Shown: positions 11,943 through 24,457 of the stretch, piece by piece | How positions within the stretch are numbered: the first letter of the stretch is position 1 | Layout of the letters: each line of letters opens with the position of its first letter | Assembly: GCF_006345805.1 (NCBI RefSeq) | Contig: NC_043022.1 | Coordinates: 1,054,001 to 1,118,000 of the forward strand | Length of the DNA stretch: 64,000 nt | Direction: 5' to 3' | Origin: Octopus sinensis | Lineage: Eukaryota | Program-made: the position numbers and the translations under genes | Notes under the pieces: model-generated | Told to the model about the DNA's origin: nothing | Seen by the model: only the letters and a program-made list of their open reading frames with translations | The model's database searches: none

Positions 11943-12314
11943 TTCTTTTATTTGTTTCAGTCATTTGACTGTGGCCATGCTGGAGCACCGCCTCTAGTCA
12001 AGCAAATCGACCCCAGGACTTATTCTTTGTAAGCCTAGCACTTATTCTATCGGGCTCTTTTGCCGAACTGCTAAGTTACAGGGACATAAGCACACCAGCA
12101 TTGGTTGTGAAGCGATGTTGAGGGAACAAACACAGACACACAAACACACACACGACGGGCTTCTTTCCGCTTCCATCTACCAAATCCACTCACAAGGCTT
12201 TGGTCGGCCTGGGGCTATAGTAGAAGACACTTGCCTGAGATGCCATGCAATGGGACTGAACCCGGAGCCATATGGTTGGTAAACAAGCTACTTACAACAC
12301 AGCCACTCCTGCAC
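11943..12314 (-). mobile_element. SINE family A, full length (tRNA head; CORE-like ccttgggcaagtgtctt segment)
   Basis: Matches 62879-63264. Confidence 0.9.
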
Positions 12315-12620
12315 CTAGACAGACAGACAAACAGATAGACAAACAGATAGATAGATAGATAGATAGATAGAGAGACAGACAGACAGACAAATAGATAGAT
12401 AGACAGATAGATAGATGCATAGATAGATAGATACATTGGTTTATATATTGAGGTTTATTTCTGGTGTCTGTAAAACCAAAGACATGTGTGTACGTGTATG
12501 TATATATGGATGTATGATTGCGTGTGGCAGTGTGTACACACTCCCCCACACACACAAGTACATACACGTTTACACATATATACATATTCATTTGTACATA
12601 TATATATATGTATGTATGCT

Positions 12621-12678
<58 letters not shown>

Positions 12679-12712
12679 ATATAATATATGCATGTATATG
12701 TATATATATTGG

Positions 12713-12910
12713 CCCTCATGCCGGTGGCTCGTAAAAGCACCCACTACACTCTTGGAGTGGTTGGTGTTAGGAAGGGCATCCAGCTGTAGAATCTCTGCCA
12801 AATTAGACTGGAACCTGGTGCAGCCATCGGGTTTGCCAGTCCTCAGTCAAACTGTCCAACCCATGCCAGCATGGAAAGCGGACATTAAACGATGATGATG
12901 ATGATGATGA
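12713..12910 (+). mobile_element. RTE LINE 3' UTR fragment with (GAT)n tail
   Basis: gaagggcatccagctgtagaa..ggacattaaacgatgatgat. Confidence 0.8.
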
Positions 12911-13062
12911 TATGTATATATAAGAGGTAGAGATAGAGAGAGAGTGAGATGCACACACTCATACACGCACACACACTCACACACACATACACACACGCGT
13001 ACATGCTCACACTTACAAATATATAAAAACAACCTACCATGAACTAATTGCAAACAACCATG

Positions 13063-13117
<55 letters not shown>

Positions 13118-13572
13118 TTGTGTGTGTCTGTGTATGTGTGTGTTTGTGTGTGTGTGTGTTGTGTGTGTGTGTGCGAGCGTGTGTGTGTTTCCAATCAAGC
13201 ACGCACACACAAATTTATCCAGTGAGAGACACACACATATCTCTTATAAATTGCTTATTAAGGAATCTCGGAACATACACGAACAACAACTAACGAGTAG
13301 GTTTTATGGGACACTTCTGATAATTACTGGGGTTTTTTTTGCCTAATTAATAGATGAAACAGTTTAGACAAACCTCAATTTGTATACTTTTTTAATCACT
13401 TGTTTCTAGGTATTTACTCTTCTTTTAACTATATATATATACATGTGTGTATGTATGCATATATACATATATATATGTATCATGTATGTATGCGTGAGCA
13501 TATATATATATATATATGTATACAGACACGCATATACACATACATACACACACACACGTGTATATATATATA

Positions 13573-13603
<31 letters not shown>

Positions 13604-13668
13604 TATATATATATATATGTGTGTGTGTGTGTTTATGTGTGTATATATATACATATATATATATATAA

Positions 13669-13715
<47 letters not shown>

Positions 13716-14428
13716 GATATATATATATATATATATATGTATATGTGTGTGTATGTGTGCATGCATGTGTGTGTGTGTATGGAAATACATACATGTATAT
13801 GTACATACACAAGTATTGAATAATCAGTGTACAAGCGGGTGTGGGCAAATGCGTGTGGGTGTGCAGAGGTGTTGTATGGGTGTGCAGAGGGGGGGGCGTG
13901 TGCAAATGCGGTCAGTTTTTGCTATTCAATGAAAAGCCAGACGTTACTCAGAATTCCTCATCAGACGACCATTCCTGGTGTTGTTGCAGAAGAGATGATT
14001 AAGAAAATTATAATTCTATCCCTCTGTAATTACCTAAGCATTTAATCTGTCAGTGTGTGCATGTGTGTGTGCGTTTTGTGTGTACATGTGTGTGTATTTG
14101 TAGCTGTGTATAGGAAAAAGTGTGCGTGTGTATGTGTGTGCGTACCAGTGCGTACATGTATATTTGTGTGTTTCTTCAAATATATGTGTGTGTATGTGTA
14201 TGCCAGTACTTGTGTGATCAATGTGTATGAGAGTATGAGTGTCCCTGTATGTATGCATGTATGTATATATGTATGTACATATGCATGCATGTATGTGTGT
14301 GTATGCATCAATGTATGTGTTTATGTAATTATGCATGTATGTATGTATGTATGTATGTATATATGTACATGTATATATAAATATATATATATATATAATA
14401 AATATATATATATATGCATGTATGTATG

Positions 14429-14481
<53 letters not shown>

Positions 14482-14544
14482 GAATATATATATGCATGTA
14501 TGTGTGTGTACATATATATATATATACATATTCTTTTCTTCCAT

Positions 14545-14768
14545 TCTTTTATTTGCTTCAGTAATTTGACTGTGGCCATGCTGAAGCACCACCTTTAGTT
14601 GAGCAAATCACCCCAGGACTTATTCTTTGTAAGCCTAGTACTTATTCTATTGGTGTCTTTTGCCGAACCGCTAAGTTACGGGGACGTAAACACACCAGCA
14701 TTGGTTGTCACGTGATGTTGGTGGGGACAAACACAGACACACAAACATATACATACACACACACACAC

Positions 14769-14819
<51 letters not shown>

Positions 14820-14985
14820 CACACAATGGACTTCTTTCAGTTTCCGTCCACCAAATCCACTCACAAGATTTTTGTCAACCTGAGTCTATAGTAGAAGACA
14901 CTTGCCCAAGGTGCCATTGAAGTGGGACTGAACCCGGAACCATGTGGCTGGTAAGCAAGTTACTTACCACACAGCCACACCTACA
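14545..14985 (-). mobile_element. SINE family A with expanded internal (TA/CA)n
   Basis: Family match. Confidence 0.85.
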
Positions 14986-14990
14986 CCTAT

Positions 14991-15046
<56 letters not shown>

Positions 15047-15504
15047 AGTAGTTGAATGAATTATCCTAGTATGGATAATTCGGTTAAATCGTCGTTCGAC
15101 TCCATTCTTTCATTTATATACATATATATATATATATATATATTTATAGACATAGCACGTGCACTCAAATATCCTCATCATCAACTTCGGCATTTTATGT
15201 CAATATGGAGAGAACAGACATTAGATGTTGATGATGATGATGGTCATGATGATCATGATTTATGTGTGCATGTGTGTCTATATGTATATATATGTACATG
15301 TGTGTGTATATTTGTGTATTCAGATACGTGTCTATGTACGTATCTGATTTTTAATTCTTCAAATTCCTCTTACAAAGGACTGAGGGATTCCTTACAAAGG
15401 CACAAAGCCTTGTTATTCCTAATCATCGGAATTTCAAGTTAACAACAAAAATATAGAATTACAAACATAGTGAATGTTTCGCATATTTTCACGGTGCCCC
15501 TTAC

Positions 15505-15559
15505 ACTTTGAATTTGTGGAACGTTTGCTTTGCCTTCGTCAGGTGATACCATTCCTCGC
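15505..15559 (-). CDS. Candidate small host exon (55 bp), product unknown
   Basis: Acceptor tttttatctttcag|G, donor AGT|gtaagg; two open phases (RGMVSPDEGKANVPQIQS or EEWYHLTKAKQTFHKFK). A competing + strand exon 15543-15608 also has good sites. Confidence 0.25.
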
Positions 15560-15654
15560 CTGAAAGATAAAAACCCCAGCTTTTCTAGACTGTTCCTTCA
15601 ACAAATTAGTAAGAAAATAATAGTTATGTTGCTAATTGAGAAACTCGTATATAT

Positions 15655-15900
15655 GTGCATCATCATCATCATCATCACCATCACCATCACCATCACCATC
15701 ATCATCATCATCATCACCATCACCATCATCGTCACCACCACCATCATCACCATCACCACCACCACCATCACCATCATCATCACCATCACCACCACCACCA
15801 TCACCATCATCATCACCATCACCACCACCACCATCACCATCATCATCATCATCATCACCACCACCACAATCACCATCATCATCAATACCACCACCACCAC

Positions 15901-15936
<36 letters not shown>

Positions 15937-15990
15937 TACCACCACCACCACCACCACCACCATCACCATCACCATCATCATCATCATCAT
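15655..15990. repeat. (CAT/CAC)n trinucleotide array
   Basis: Source of the poly-His, poly-Ser/Pro and poly-Met ORFs. Confidence 0.95.
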
Positions 15991-16330
15991 TCTCTTTTAG
16001 TATCTGTTCTCCATGCTAGCATGGGTCCGACAGCAGGGGCATATACTCCGGATGTGCTAAGTGTGCACTGTACATCCATCGAAAATGGCAGATTCATTAT
16101 AAATATTAACCTTTCTCGTTAATTTAGTCACAAATCTTAATGGAAAACTTTTGTTATACCCTTGCTTGAAATTTGGTGCGCACCCAATATAACAAACACC
16201 ATGCGCCGCTGTCGGACAGTCTGGAAGGAATTGGCCAGCTGGAGCGCTGCCTGAGCACTTTGGTGAAACAAACAGAACATTATTTACATTATTTACATTC
16301 GACAGATATTTGTCCTCATCTTTGTCCACA

Positions 16331-16560
16331 GGCATATGGCGTAGTGGTTAAGAGCACGGGCTACTAACCCCAAGATTCTGAGTTCGATTCCAAGCAGTGA
16401 CCGGAACAACAACAACAACAATAATAATAATAATAATAGCATTGAAAAATACCTTAGGAATGGGAATCCAGGTTCGAAATTTCCCCAAGACACCTGAAGA
16501 TGGCTGGAGGGTATATCAGCTGAAATGCTGTGTTAACAAGAAACAAGATAAGGACAAATA
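16331..16560 (+). mobile_element. tRNA-headed SINE-like element with (AAC/AAT)n linker and HHR-like tail (16489-16534)
   Basis: A box TGGCGTAGTGG at 16337, B box GAGTTCGATTCC at 16380; gacac CTGAAGA t ggctg..cagct GAAA tg ct gtgtt. Confidence 0.65.
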
Positions 16561-16773
16561 CTCTTGGCCTTTGAGTCACTCTGTTGCTTCTGTTAGATAT
16601 TAATAAAATCCATATATATATAAATATAATAGGTACAGGTGTGGCAGTGTGGTAAGTAGCTTGCTTAGCAACCACATAGTTCTGAGTTCAGTCACACAAT
16701 CTGAGGCTTAGGCGATGATGGGGGGACAAACACAGACACACAAATATATACACACATAAACATATACATATAC

Positions 16774-16806
<33 letters not shown>

Positions 16807-16809
16807 ATA

Positions 16810-16995
16810 TAACGGGAAGCTTTATGAAAATAAACAAAAGACGAAGGCAGGTGGAGTACAAACAAACAATTGTATTAGTATGGCGCTCAGGAATATAAAT
16901 AAAACAAGTCTTTTACGTTTCGAGCCTACGCTCTTCAACAGAAAGATACACAGAAAAGAAACACGGAGAGAAACAAGGAGAGAAAAATAATGCGT
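16810..16995 (-). mobile_element. Short element with atypical HHR-like motif (16909-16946)
   Basis: tcttt CTGTTGA a gagc gtag gctc GAAA cg TA aaaga. Confidence 0.6.
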
Positions 16996-17004
16996 GCAGA
17001 AGCT

Positions 17005-17315
17005 AGGCGCAATGGCCCAGTGGTTAGGGCAGTGGATTCGCGGTCCACATGCAGTGGGAGTGAACCCAGAACCCTGAGCTTGGTAAGCAAGCTACTTACC
17101 ACACAGCACTTCTACGAGAGAAAGAGAGATACATGCATACACACACACATACACACAACAGGCTTTAACAGTTTTTGCCTACAAAACTCACTGAGAAGCC
17201 TTTGGTCAGCCTGGGGCCGTAGTAAAAGACACTTGATGAAGGTGCCATGCAACGGAGGACTGAACCTGAAACCATGTGGTTGGGAAGCAAGCTTCTTAAC
17301 CAGAAAGCCACAAAT
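17005..17315. mobile_element. Chimeric SINE fragments (family C head, inverted family A head, further degenerate A sequence)
   Basis: ggcgcaatggcccagtggttagggc joined to reverse-complement family A head sequence. Confidence 0.6.
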
Positions 17316-17458
17316 GTAAATAGCATAATTTATGTAGGGAAGTCGTAGGAACTCAAGAACGCAAGGAGCTGGAAAAATACCACGAAATATTTTTCTGACG
17401 CTCCAGTGATGATTCTACCATCTTGCTACCATATGTCATTTCAATGAAAACAGAAGTG

Positions 17459-17491
<33 letters not shown>

Positions 17492-17884
17492 ATAATAGCA
17501 GTAATAATAGTAATAGTAATAATAATAAGAAGAAAAAGGATAATAATAGTAATAACACGCACATGCACACACATACACACATGCACACACACACATACAT
17601 ACGCATACACAAATACACACACACATATACATGCATCGTATACACACGTATATGGTGATGGTGGTGGTGATGTCGATGATGATGATGATGATGACTATTC
17701 TGTTGATCCACCCTCATCAGTTGTGTTTATCCTCTTTGGTTGTTATTATTTTTATTCATATCCTTCCGGAATGTTCCGTTTACCATAATTCATAAAAGTC
17801 CCTACATCCTCTCACATCTGTTATAGCATGACAACAAGCTTACAAACATCCCTGCTTAACCCTTTCGTTTCTATTTCTTACCTT

Positions 17885-18090
17885 TATTACTTCCGCCTGA
17901 GCAAAGGCGGAAGTATTGTTTTCAGTTGTGTTTGCTTGTTTCCTTGTTTGTCCATGGACAAGATATCTCAAGAACCACTGGATGGAATCGGATGAAACTT
18001 TCAGGGATGTTTGGCCTCATGACTGGCACGAACTGATTAGATTTGGGGATTGACCCAGTCCTGGACAAAGATTCTGGATTATTTTTTTAT
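17885..18090 (+). mobile_element. Helentron-associated HINE/DINE-like element
   Basis: ttattacttccgcc..ggcggaagt hairpin at 17888-17913, GTTT-type microsatellite, caagatatctcaagaaccactggatgg body. Confidence 0.55.
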
Positions 18091-18169
18091 ATTTTGTTTA
18101 CTTTACATGTATATGCACACACACACATACACACACATTTTCAGCATTGAACATTACTATCCCATTTCT

Positions 18170-18460
18170 ATTGTATGTGCGTGCGCACATATACGCGAGT
18201 ACTGTCCAAATCTCCGACCAATCACATACAGCTAGCTGGCATTCAATTGGTGTATCAAGTTTCGGGCATTTTGATTGGGTTTTGGATATCACTTCTATTG
18301 ATTTTTTAATAGCTTTTCGGGGTGACTGGGGAAATGTAAAGATGTGCACGACCACCCTTGGACGGTTTTCAATGACCATAGAAAGTGCGAGCCCTCTAAC
18401 TGAAAAATTGTGGATTTGTATAAAGGACACACACACACACATTTTGCCGTTTATATATAG
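18170..18460 (-). mobile_element. Non-autonomous Helitron-like element, same family as 7133-7480, lacking the CTAG end
   Basis: Direct similarity over about 270 bp. Confidence 0.7.
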
Positions 18461-18462
18461 AA

Positions 18463-18499
<37 letters not shown>

Positions 18500-18955
18500 A
18501 TACTGATGAAAAGGAGATGACAAAGAAAATTCTTTAACGAGTCTTTACAATTGTTTCTATACTAGCTCTATACCAACTCTAGTTTCTATAGCAACACTAG
18601 TTTACACAAAAATTCTAAATGAAAATTCACATAATGTTTGAGGTTTTAAACATTAGAGAGAGACGCTTCATCCGACTTGCATCAAAGGTCTGCTGTCTCA
18701 TTATGTACCTTCCACACCTTACAGAAACAATTGCAATTAATCATTAAAGATGTGTTAAAGAATCTTCTTTGTCTTCTTTTCATTGGATTATTTACTTTTT
18801 GCCAAACCAATTTTATGGTGCAATCGTCATGGAACTTGGATTTCCTACACCTGAGAAAATCAGATTTTGGCCCGGCACCCGACAGTGTTGATAGCCCATT
18901 ATTCTGGTCGAGTGCTTCTCCGGAACTATCCCAACTTCACACTCTACCTAACTTT

Positions 18956-19695
18956 CATCATCATCATCATCATCACCATCCTTGTTTAACGTCCGTTTTC
19001 CATGCTGACATGGGTTGGATGGACTGACTGACGACTGGCAAGCCAGTAGGCTGCACCAGTCTCCAATCTGATCTGGCAAGGTTTCTACAGCTGGATGCCC
19101 TTCATAATGCCAACCACTCCAAGAGTGTAGTGGGTGCTTTTTATGTGCCACCAGTACTAGAACTAGGCATGTGGTACTGGCATCAATCACGTTTGGATAG
19201 TGCTTTCTATGTACCAGTGGCACGGGCATCTACCATGTTTTGATGGTGTTTTTTACGTTCCCCTGGCACAGTGAGTCAAGGAGCAATAGCATTGACCCAT
19301 GCTTGAATGGTGCTTATTATGTGCCACTAGCATGGGTGCCAGTCAGGCAGCACAGGCATCAGCCATGACTATGATTTAACTTGGCTCAACAGGTCTTCTC
19401 AAGCAGAGTGTGTCACCTGGCGATTCAAGAGTACTTTTAAATAGACTGGTTATGCGACACTGGTATCGGCCACAGCTGCCATCTCACTTTACTTTCTGGG
19501 TCTTCTCAATCACAGCATATCTCTAAAGGTCTCGCTCTCTTGCCATTGCCTCTGTGAAGCCCAACGTTCGAAAGTCGTGCTTCACCACTTCGTCCCATGT
19601 CTTCCTGGGTCTAACTCTTCCACAGGTTCCTTCCACTGTTAGGTTGTGACACTTCTTCACACAGCTGTCCTCGCCCATATGCAACACATGACCTT
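18956..19695 (-). mobile_element. 5'-truncated RTE LINE: ORF C-terminus, 3' UTR and (GAT)n tail
   Basis: Minus translation includes VEGTCGRVRPRKTWDEVVKHDFRTLGFTEAM. Confidence 0.85.
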
Positions 19696-19856
19696 ATATA
19701 TATATATATATACATATATATGTATGTATGTATATGTGTATATACATACACCCTTCACCCTTTCCCTTCCGGTCTTTCAAAATGTGACCTCGTGTATACC
19801 GTTGGCGATTTTTTTTTTTTTTCTCTGTCTTCCCTTCTCTGGATCTTTCCTTCTAT

Positions 19857-19891
19857 GTTTCCGACGAAGAGCTCCACTCGAAACGTTAAAC
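19857..19891 (+). ncRNA. Minimal type I HHR-like fold (U4C core) within element 19750-19980
   Basis: gttt CCGACGA a gag ctcca ctc GAAA cg TT aaac. Confidence 0.55.
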
Positions 19892-20034
19892 TCTCCTTCT
19901 TTCCTGAGTGTCCAATAATACTATATTCATTTCACGTCCTCACGTTGTTGTGTTTTTTTGTGTTTTCTTGTTTGGATTAATTTTATATGTGTATATATAT
20001 ATATATACTTTATTTTAAGCAGCAGAAAATTCAA

Positions 20035-20084
20035 CAAAATCTGTTACTCTGAGTTTCTCGTTGCCGTTCATCAGACAGTTTTTG
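20035..20084 (-). ncRNA. Minimal type I HHR, canonical core, in element 20007-20560
   Basis: caaaaactgt CTGATGA a cg gcaa cg a GAAA ctc a gag TA acagattttg. Confidence 0.7.
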
Positions 20085-20562
20085 CTAGAATGGAACTTAT
20101 ATATTAATTCAATCTATACTCTTACAAACGCTACACCTTTAAAAAGAAATGGACTTGTTTGATTGGCCCTTTAGAAAAAACGGTCAATCTTCGAGCGATA
20201 AACAAAAAGGTCAAAAATATATGTATATATATATAAAAAAATTTATAAAAATTATAAAAATTATAAAATCCGAGGAAAAAACCGAGGAAAAAACCTATTG
20301 CCGTTAATGAAGACAGTACAAATTAATGCATAGAAATTAAACCTGTTATAAATACTGCAATACATATTTATATTAAAATCCACATATATATATCAACATA
20401 CACAAAAGGATGCGCGTAAACGCCATACATATCAACATACACAAAAGGATGCGCGTAAACGCCATACATATCAACATGCTGCTTAAAATAAAGCATATTA
20501 CTCTACCACTGGTATTTGAGTACTCTTTTTTCCACCTTGTTTCACATTTATGTGTTTACTCC

Positions 20563-20612
<50 letters not shown>

Positions 20613-20884
20613 CATATATATTTCTAAGTTAAAACTGAAAATTAAAAATTTATATGTTTGGGATGTCCCTAGTAGTGTACTGATAAAGTACAACCACTGC
20701 CTATGGCTACCTGGTGTCACCCACGCTAATTGTACAATCATCACCAGATCTACCTCAGGAATTCTTCAGTGTACATTGAGTATAACAGAAAGGACAGAGA
20801 CAGACAATGGAATACACAGCAAACTTTATTATCTCAACAATCATTCTGACATATCCGGCATCGCTCCCTCGCATTTCTTAAAAC

Positions 20885-20937
20885 TATACAATTAATTTCG
20901 GTTCCTCTCCTTGTGCAGAAACATCTCATCAGGTGCA
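20885..20937 (-). ncRNA. Minimal type I HHR-like fold
   Basis: tgcac CTGATGA gatgtttct..agaggaacc GAAA ttaa TT gtata; AATAAA further downstream on the minus strand. Confidence 0.5.
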
Positions 20938-21041
20938 AGGAAGCGATGCAGGATGTATTGAAACAATCGTATTTATATACACATATACATACATAATGAA
21001 ACAATCATATGTATATACACATATACATACATACATATATA

Positions 21042-21076
<35 letters not shown>

Positions 21077-21077
<1 letters not shown>

Positions 21078-21300
21078 AGGTCATGTGTTGCATATGGACG
21101 AGGACAGTTGTGTGAAGAAGTGTCACAACCTAACAGTGGAAGGAACCTGTGGAAGAGTTAGACCCAGGAAGACATGGGACGAAGTGGTTAAGCGCGACCT
21201 TTGAACGTTGAAGTTAATTGCAACATCAATATGGCCATTCAATGTTACTACTAGTTTGACCTCATGTAGATCTTTGGCCGGCTGGTTATGAGTGCAGCCT
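21077..21300 (+). mobile_element. RTE LINE ORF-end fragment, inverted duplicate of 19562-19695
   Basis: Same truncation point and the same gagttagaccc variant. Confidence 0.85.
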
Positions 21301-22244
21301 GGACCCTGTATATATATTGCAAGCAGGGGAGTGAACACGTACCACCGTTCAGCAGACGACAGGATTGTAAGAGCGATTCAGTTTTGAGCTAGCTTGCTTG
21401 TCCTCAATCACTGTATGGTGAGGAATCCTACACTGGGGAGTGGTAACAACTAGGGTAGGGTTTCCTGTAGTTTTGTTCTCTTTTACAAACCCTGTGAACA
21501 TATATTTCCTATTTCAAAGAAATCCGAACAATAGATATAAGACCCAAGTTAAAAAGATTCTCAACAATTCAACTTCTCTGGTTGACATTAAGGCACCCAC
21601 CCCCAATAGGAGCCTTAACTCACACATTTTAGAGCTCCATGACCTCCATTTTTCAGGAGCAAAATCCTTTTAACACCAGGATGCCAGAGAGATGACCGAA
21701 GTCCACTCTCACTCCAGCAAGCAATAGATAGTAAGCAAAACAACCATCAGTCACTGATTTGCAACCAGCTTGCTCTAAAAACAGTGTTGCCAGTGTGTTT
21801 AATAAGGGTACACTGAAACCCCCCCCCGCCCGCATGATTTGACTGGTTGGGTATTTTACAAGGCTATCCTATTCACAGAATACATCTTTCACCTAACACA
21901 GACGCGTATATTCATTTAAACATATTTAGGTCTGGAGTCTGTTTTTATATGTTTTATTTATATTTTTATCTAATATATTTATTCATTTATTATTTATTTA
22001 TCCATTTTTGCTGCCAAGGTTAATGACTGAAACAGCTGCTAAAAGACTAAAAGAATTTACATAGAGGGCATGAGTATGGCTATGCAGCAAAGAAGTTTGC
22101 TTTGCACACTCGTGGTTTCCAGTTCAATCTCATTACACAGCATCTTGGTCAATGTTTCCGTCATTTTATATACCCCCAGAAGTGATTGCTAAGTTAAGAC
22201 AATAAAATTCATTAAAATTGCTCCAAACAAGATCAAATGTCATA

Positions 22245-22577
22245 GAAGGCATGGGACGAAGTACTGAAGGCTGATCTCAAGACACTGACCCTTACAAAAG
22301 AAATGACAAAGGACCAAGATATCTGGCACATTGCTGTACTCAAGAAGACCCATCTGCAGAACTGATATTGATGATGGTACCACATAAAAAGCACTCGTGC
22401 TGGTACCATGTTAAAAGTACCCTGTACACTCTATGCAGTGGTGGGCATCCAGCTGTAGAAACCATGCCAGGACAGACAATGGGCCCTAGTGCATCCCCTG
22501 GCCTTACTAGCTCCAGTCAAACCATCCAATCCATGCCAGCATGGAAAAACAAGCATATGATGATGATGATGATGATG
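22245..22577 (+). mobile_element. Degenerate RTE LINE 3' end
   Basis: catgggacgaagt..gggcatccagctgtagaaacc..(GAT)n. Confidence 0.7.
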
Positions 22578-22594
22578 AATCCCTTCTTCATTAC

Positions 22595-22643
22595 TTAGAG
22601 ATTTTAAACATTGGTCTGGGGTCAGTTCCCGACGTGACGAATG
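22595..22643 (-). CDS. Candidate small host exon (49 bp), product unknown
   Basis: Acceptor ttgttttctctcag|C, donor TAA|gtaatg; open as FVTSGTDPRPMFKIS or HSSRRELTPDQCLKSL. Confidence 0.2.
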
Positions 22644-22859
22644 CTGAGAGAAAACAAGTCAGTTCTACAAAGTTTAGCATGTTGTACAAAACGCCAATGG
22701 ATAAATCAATACATAAGTGTATACACAACCAGGTGGTTAAAAGGTTGGTTTCATCACCCCTTCAGTTAGAGTTCAATCTGCACATTGTGGTATCAAGGGT
22801 AAGTGTCTTCCACTGTAGCCTTCCTTGATCAAATTAGCATCTCCTAAGAGAGATTTGCC

Positions 22860-23335
22860 AAAGCTATCCCCCATGTGTTAATGTATATACATACATACAC
22901 ACACAAGCATTGGATGTGGCATGCAAGAGAGACATCTGCGCTGGTATGGTCATGTACTACGGATGGATGGGTAGAGATGTGTGAAGAAGTGCTACTCCCA
23001 AACAGTTGAAGGAATCCGGGGTAGAGGTAAACCCAGGAAGACATGGGATGATGTGATCAAGCATGACCATCGAATGTTGGGCCTCACAGAGGCAATGACG
23101 GAAGACTGAGACCTCTGGAGATATGCTGTGACTGCGAAGACCTGACAAATAACGGGAGTTCATGGCTGTTTCCTGCACCAGCTTCACATTGAAGCCCCAG
23201 CCCATCCAAAGTACCATGGATCACAGGACGACCTGCTGTACTTCAGGAGTCCTATTGAGTCAAGTACATCAACATCAAAAAATCAAATGGAAATTGTAGA
23301 TGTAATACCTGTGCCGGTGGCACGTAAAAAGCACG
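22860..23335 (+). mobile_element. RTE LINE ORF-end fragment
   Basis: GRGKPRKTWDDVIKHDHRMLGLTEAMT-like translation. Confidence 0.8.
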
Positions 23336-23689
23336 AAAACATAGTGTGTGTGTTTAGTTGGTAAAAAAAAAAGAGCATCCTGAAATGCAACAATATCTGT
23401 TTCAACAAATGGTTTCAAATCAGGAATCTTGTAAAACAAATTCATTCTATCAGTCTCTTTTGCCAAACTGCTAAGTTACAAGAACATAAATACACCAACA
23501 CTATGCGTGAAGCAGTGGTGATGAATGGACACAAATGCAAAGACACACACACATACGTATGTACATGTATGTGTGTGTGCCATACATACATGTCATACAT
23601 ACGTACGTGTGTGTGTGTGTGTGTGTGTCATACATACATATGTATGTACATGTGTGTGTGTGTATATATATATATATAATGGTATTATT

Positions 23690-24045
23690 TCCAAATATGC
23701 CAGCTAAACTTGTTGTACTGTTTATTAGTCGTAAGACACCCGCTGTTTTTGTCCTGTTTTTACCATTATTGTTTTTTGTATTTTATATTCGTGTGGCATC
23801 ATCCGTTTTTCTGCCCCTGTTTCGTATACATTCGATCCTTCTTCCAAGAAATCTAATGCTCGTAGCTTAGTTTTTCCTTGGGGCTGGCCGGATCGGAGCG
23901 ATCTCAAGATTAATCAGCTGAAATTGCTAGGATGATCCGGTTCTTGACTGAAGATTGAAGGCTTTGAATGTCCCGTCTGTGTTTTTTGTATCGTCTTCTA
24001 AATGTCTTACGTTCTTGTCCCAGTTTGTATTTTTCTACATATTTA
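23690..24045 (+). mobile_element. Interspersed element of unknown class; 3' part repeated at 37390-37520
   Basis: Shared ggatg(a/t)tccggttc(t/c)tgactga(a/g)ga..ggctt(t/c)gaatg segment. Confidence 0.5.
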
Positions 24046-24053
24046 TATATATA

Positions 24054-24421
24054 CTAGCAGTATCGCCCAGCATTGCTCAGGTTTGTAAGGGAAATAACTA
24101 TAAAGCATTTTTAGAGAGTTATAGCCAAAAAATAGCAAAAAAATGGAAAAAGAAATGATGGTAAATTTTTTTGAGAGTTAAAAAAGGTCGAGTTGCGTCC
24201 CCTAGACAGTCTGTGGTTTGTGTTTCTGATTCTCGACCCCATGTCGAATTTATCGATTTTTTTCAGAACTGGGGGAACTTTTCAAAATTTTCGCTGCGTT
24301 AGTTTTGAATTATGACATTGGGCTATGTGTGTGTCAAGTTTCATCAGAATCGGTTGAAAGCTATGGTCAGGGTAAGGGTACAACCTGACAGACACACAGA
24401 AACACACACAGACAAACTGCC

Positions 24422-24435
<14 letters not shown>
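24054..24435 (-). mobile_element. Non-autonomous Helitron
   Basis: 3' CTAG at 24054-24057 with cccagcattgctcagg hairpin; 3' ~100 bp shared with 34319-34618. Confidence 0.75.

Positions 24436-24457
<22 letters not shown>

Noticed and set aside
13940-13975. CTGATGAG motif on the minus strand
   Set aside because: No stem II or GAAA; at most a collapsed relic, and it overlaps a candidate exon.
15598-16122. Poly-His, poly-Pro/Ser and poly-Met ORFs
   Set aside because: Translations of a (CAT/CAC)n array, open in nearly all frames.
20410-20895. 161-aa ORF
   Set aside because: Stitched from a 39-bp tandem duplication, an element tail, (TA)n and an HHR element; no recognisable domain.
23945-23975. 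CTGAAGA/CTGAGGA motif (also ~37412)
   Set aside because: Followed by GAAT with weak stems; not counted as an HHR.
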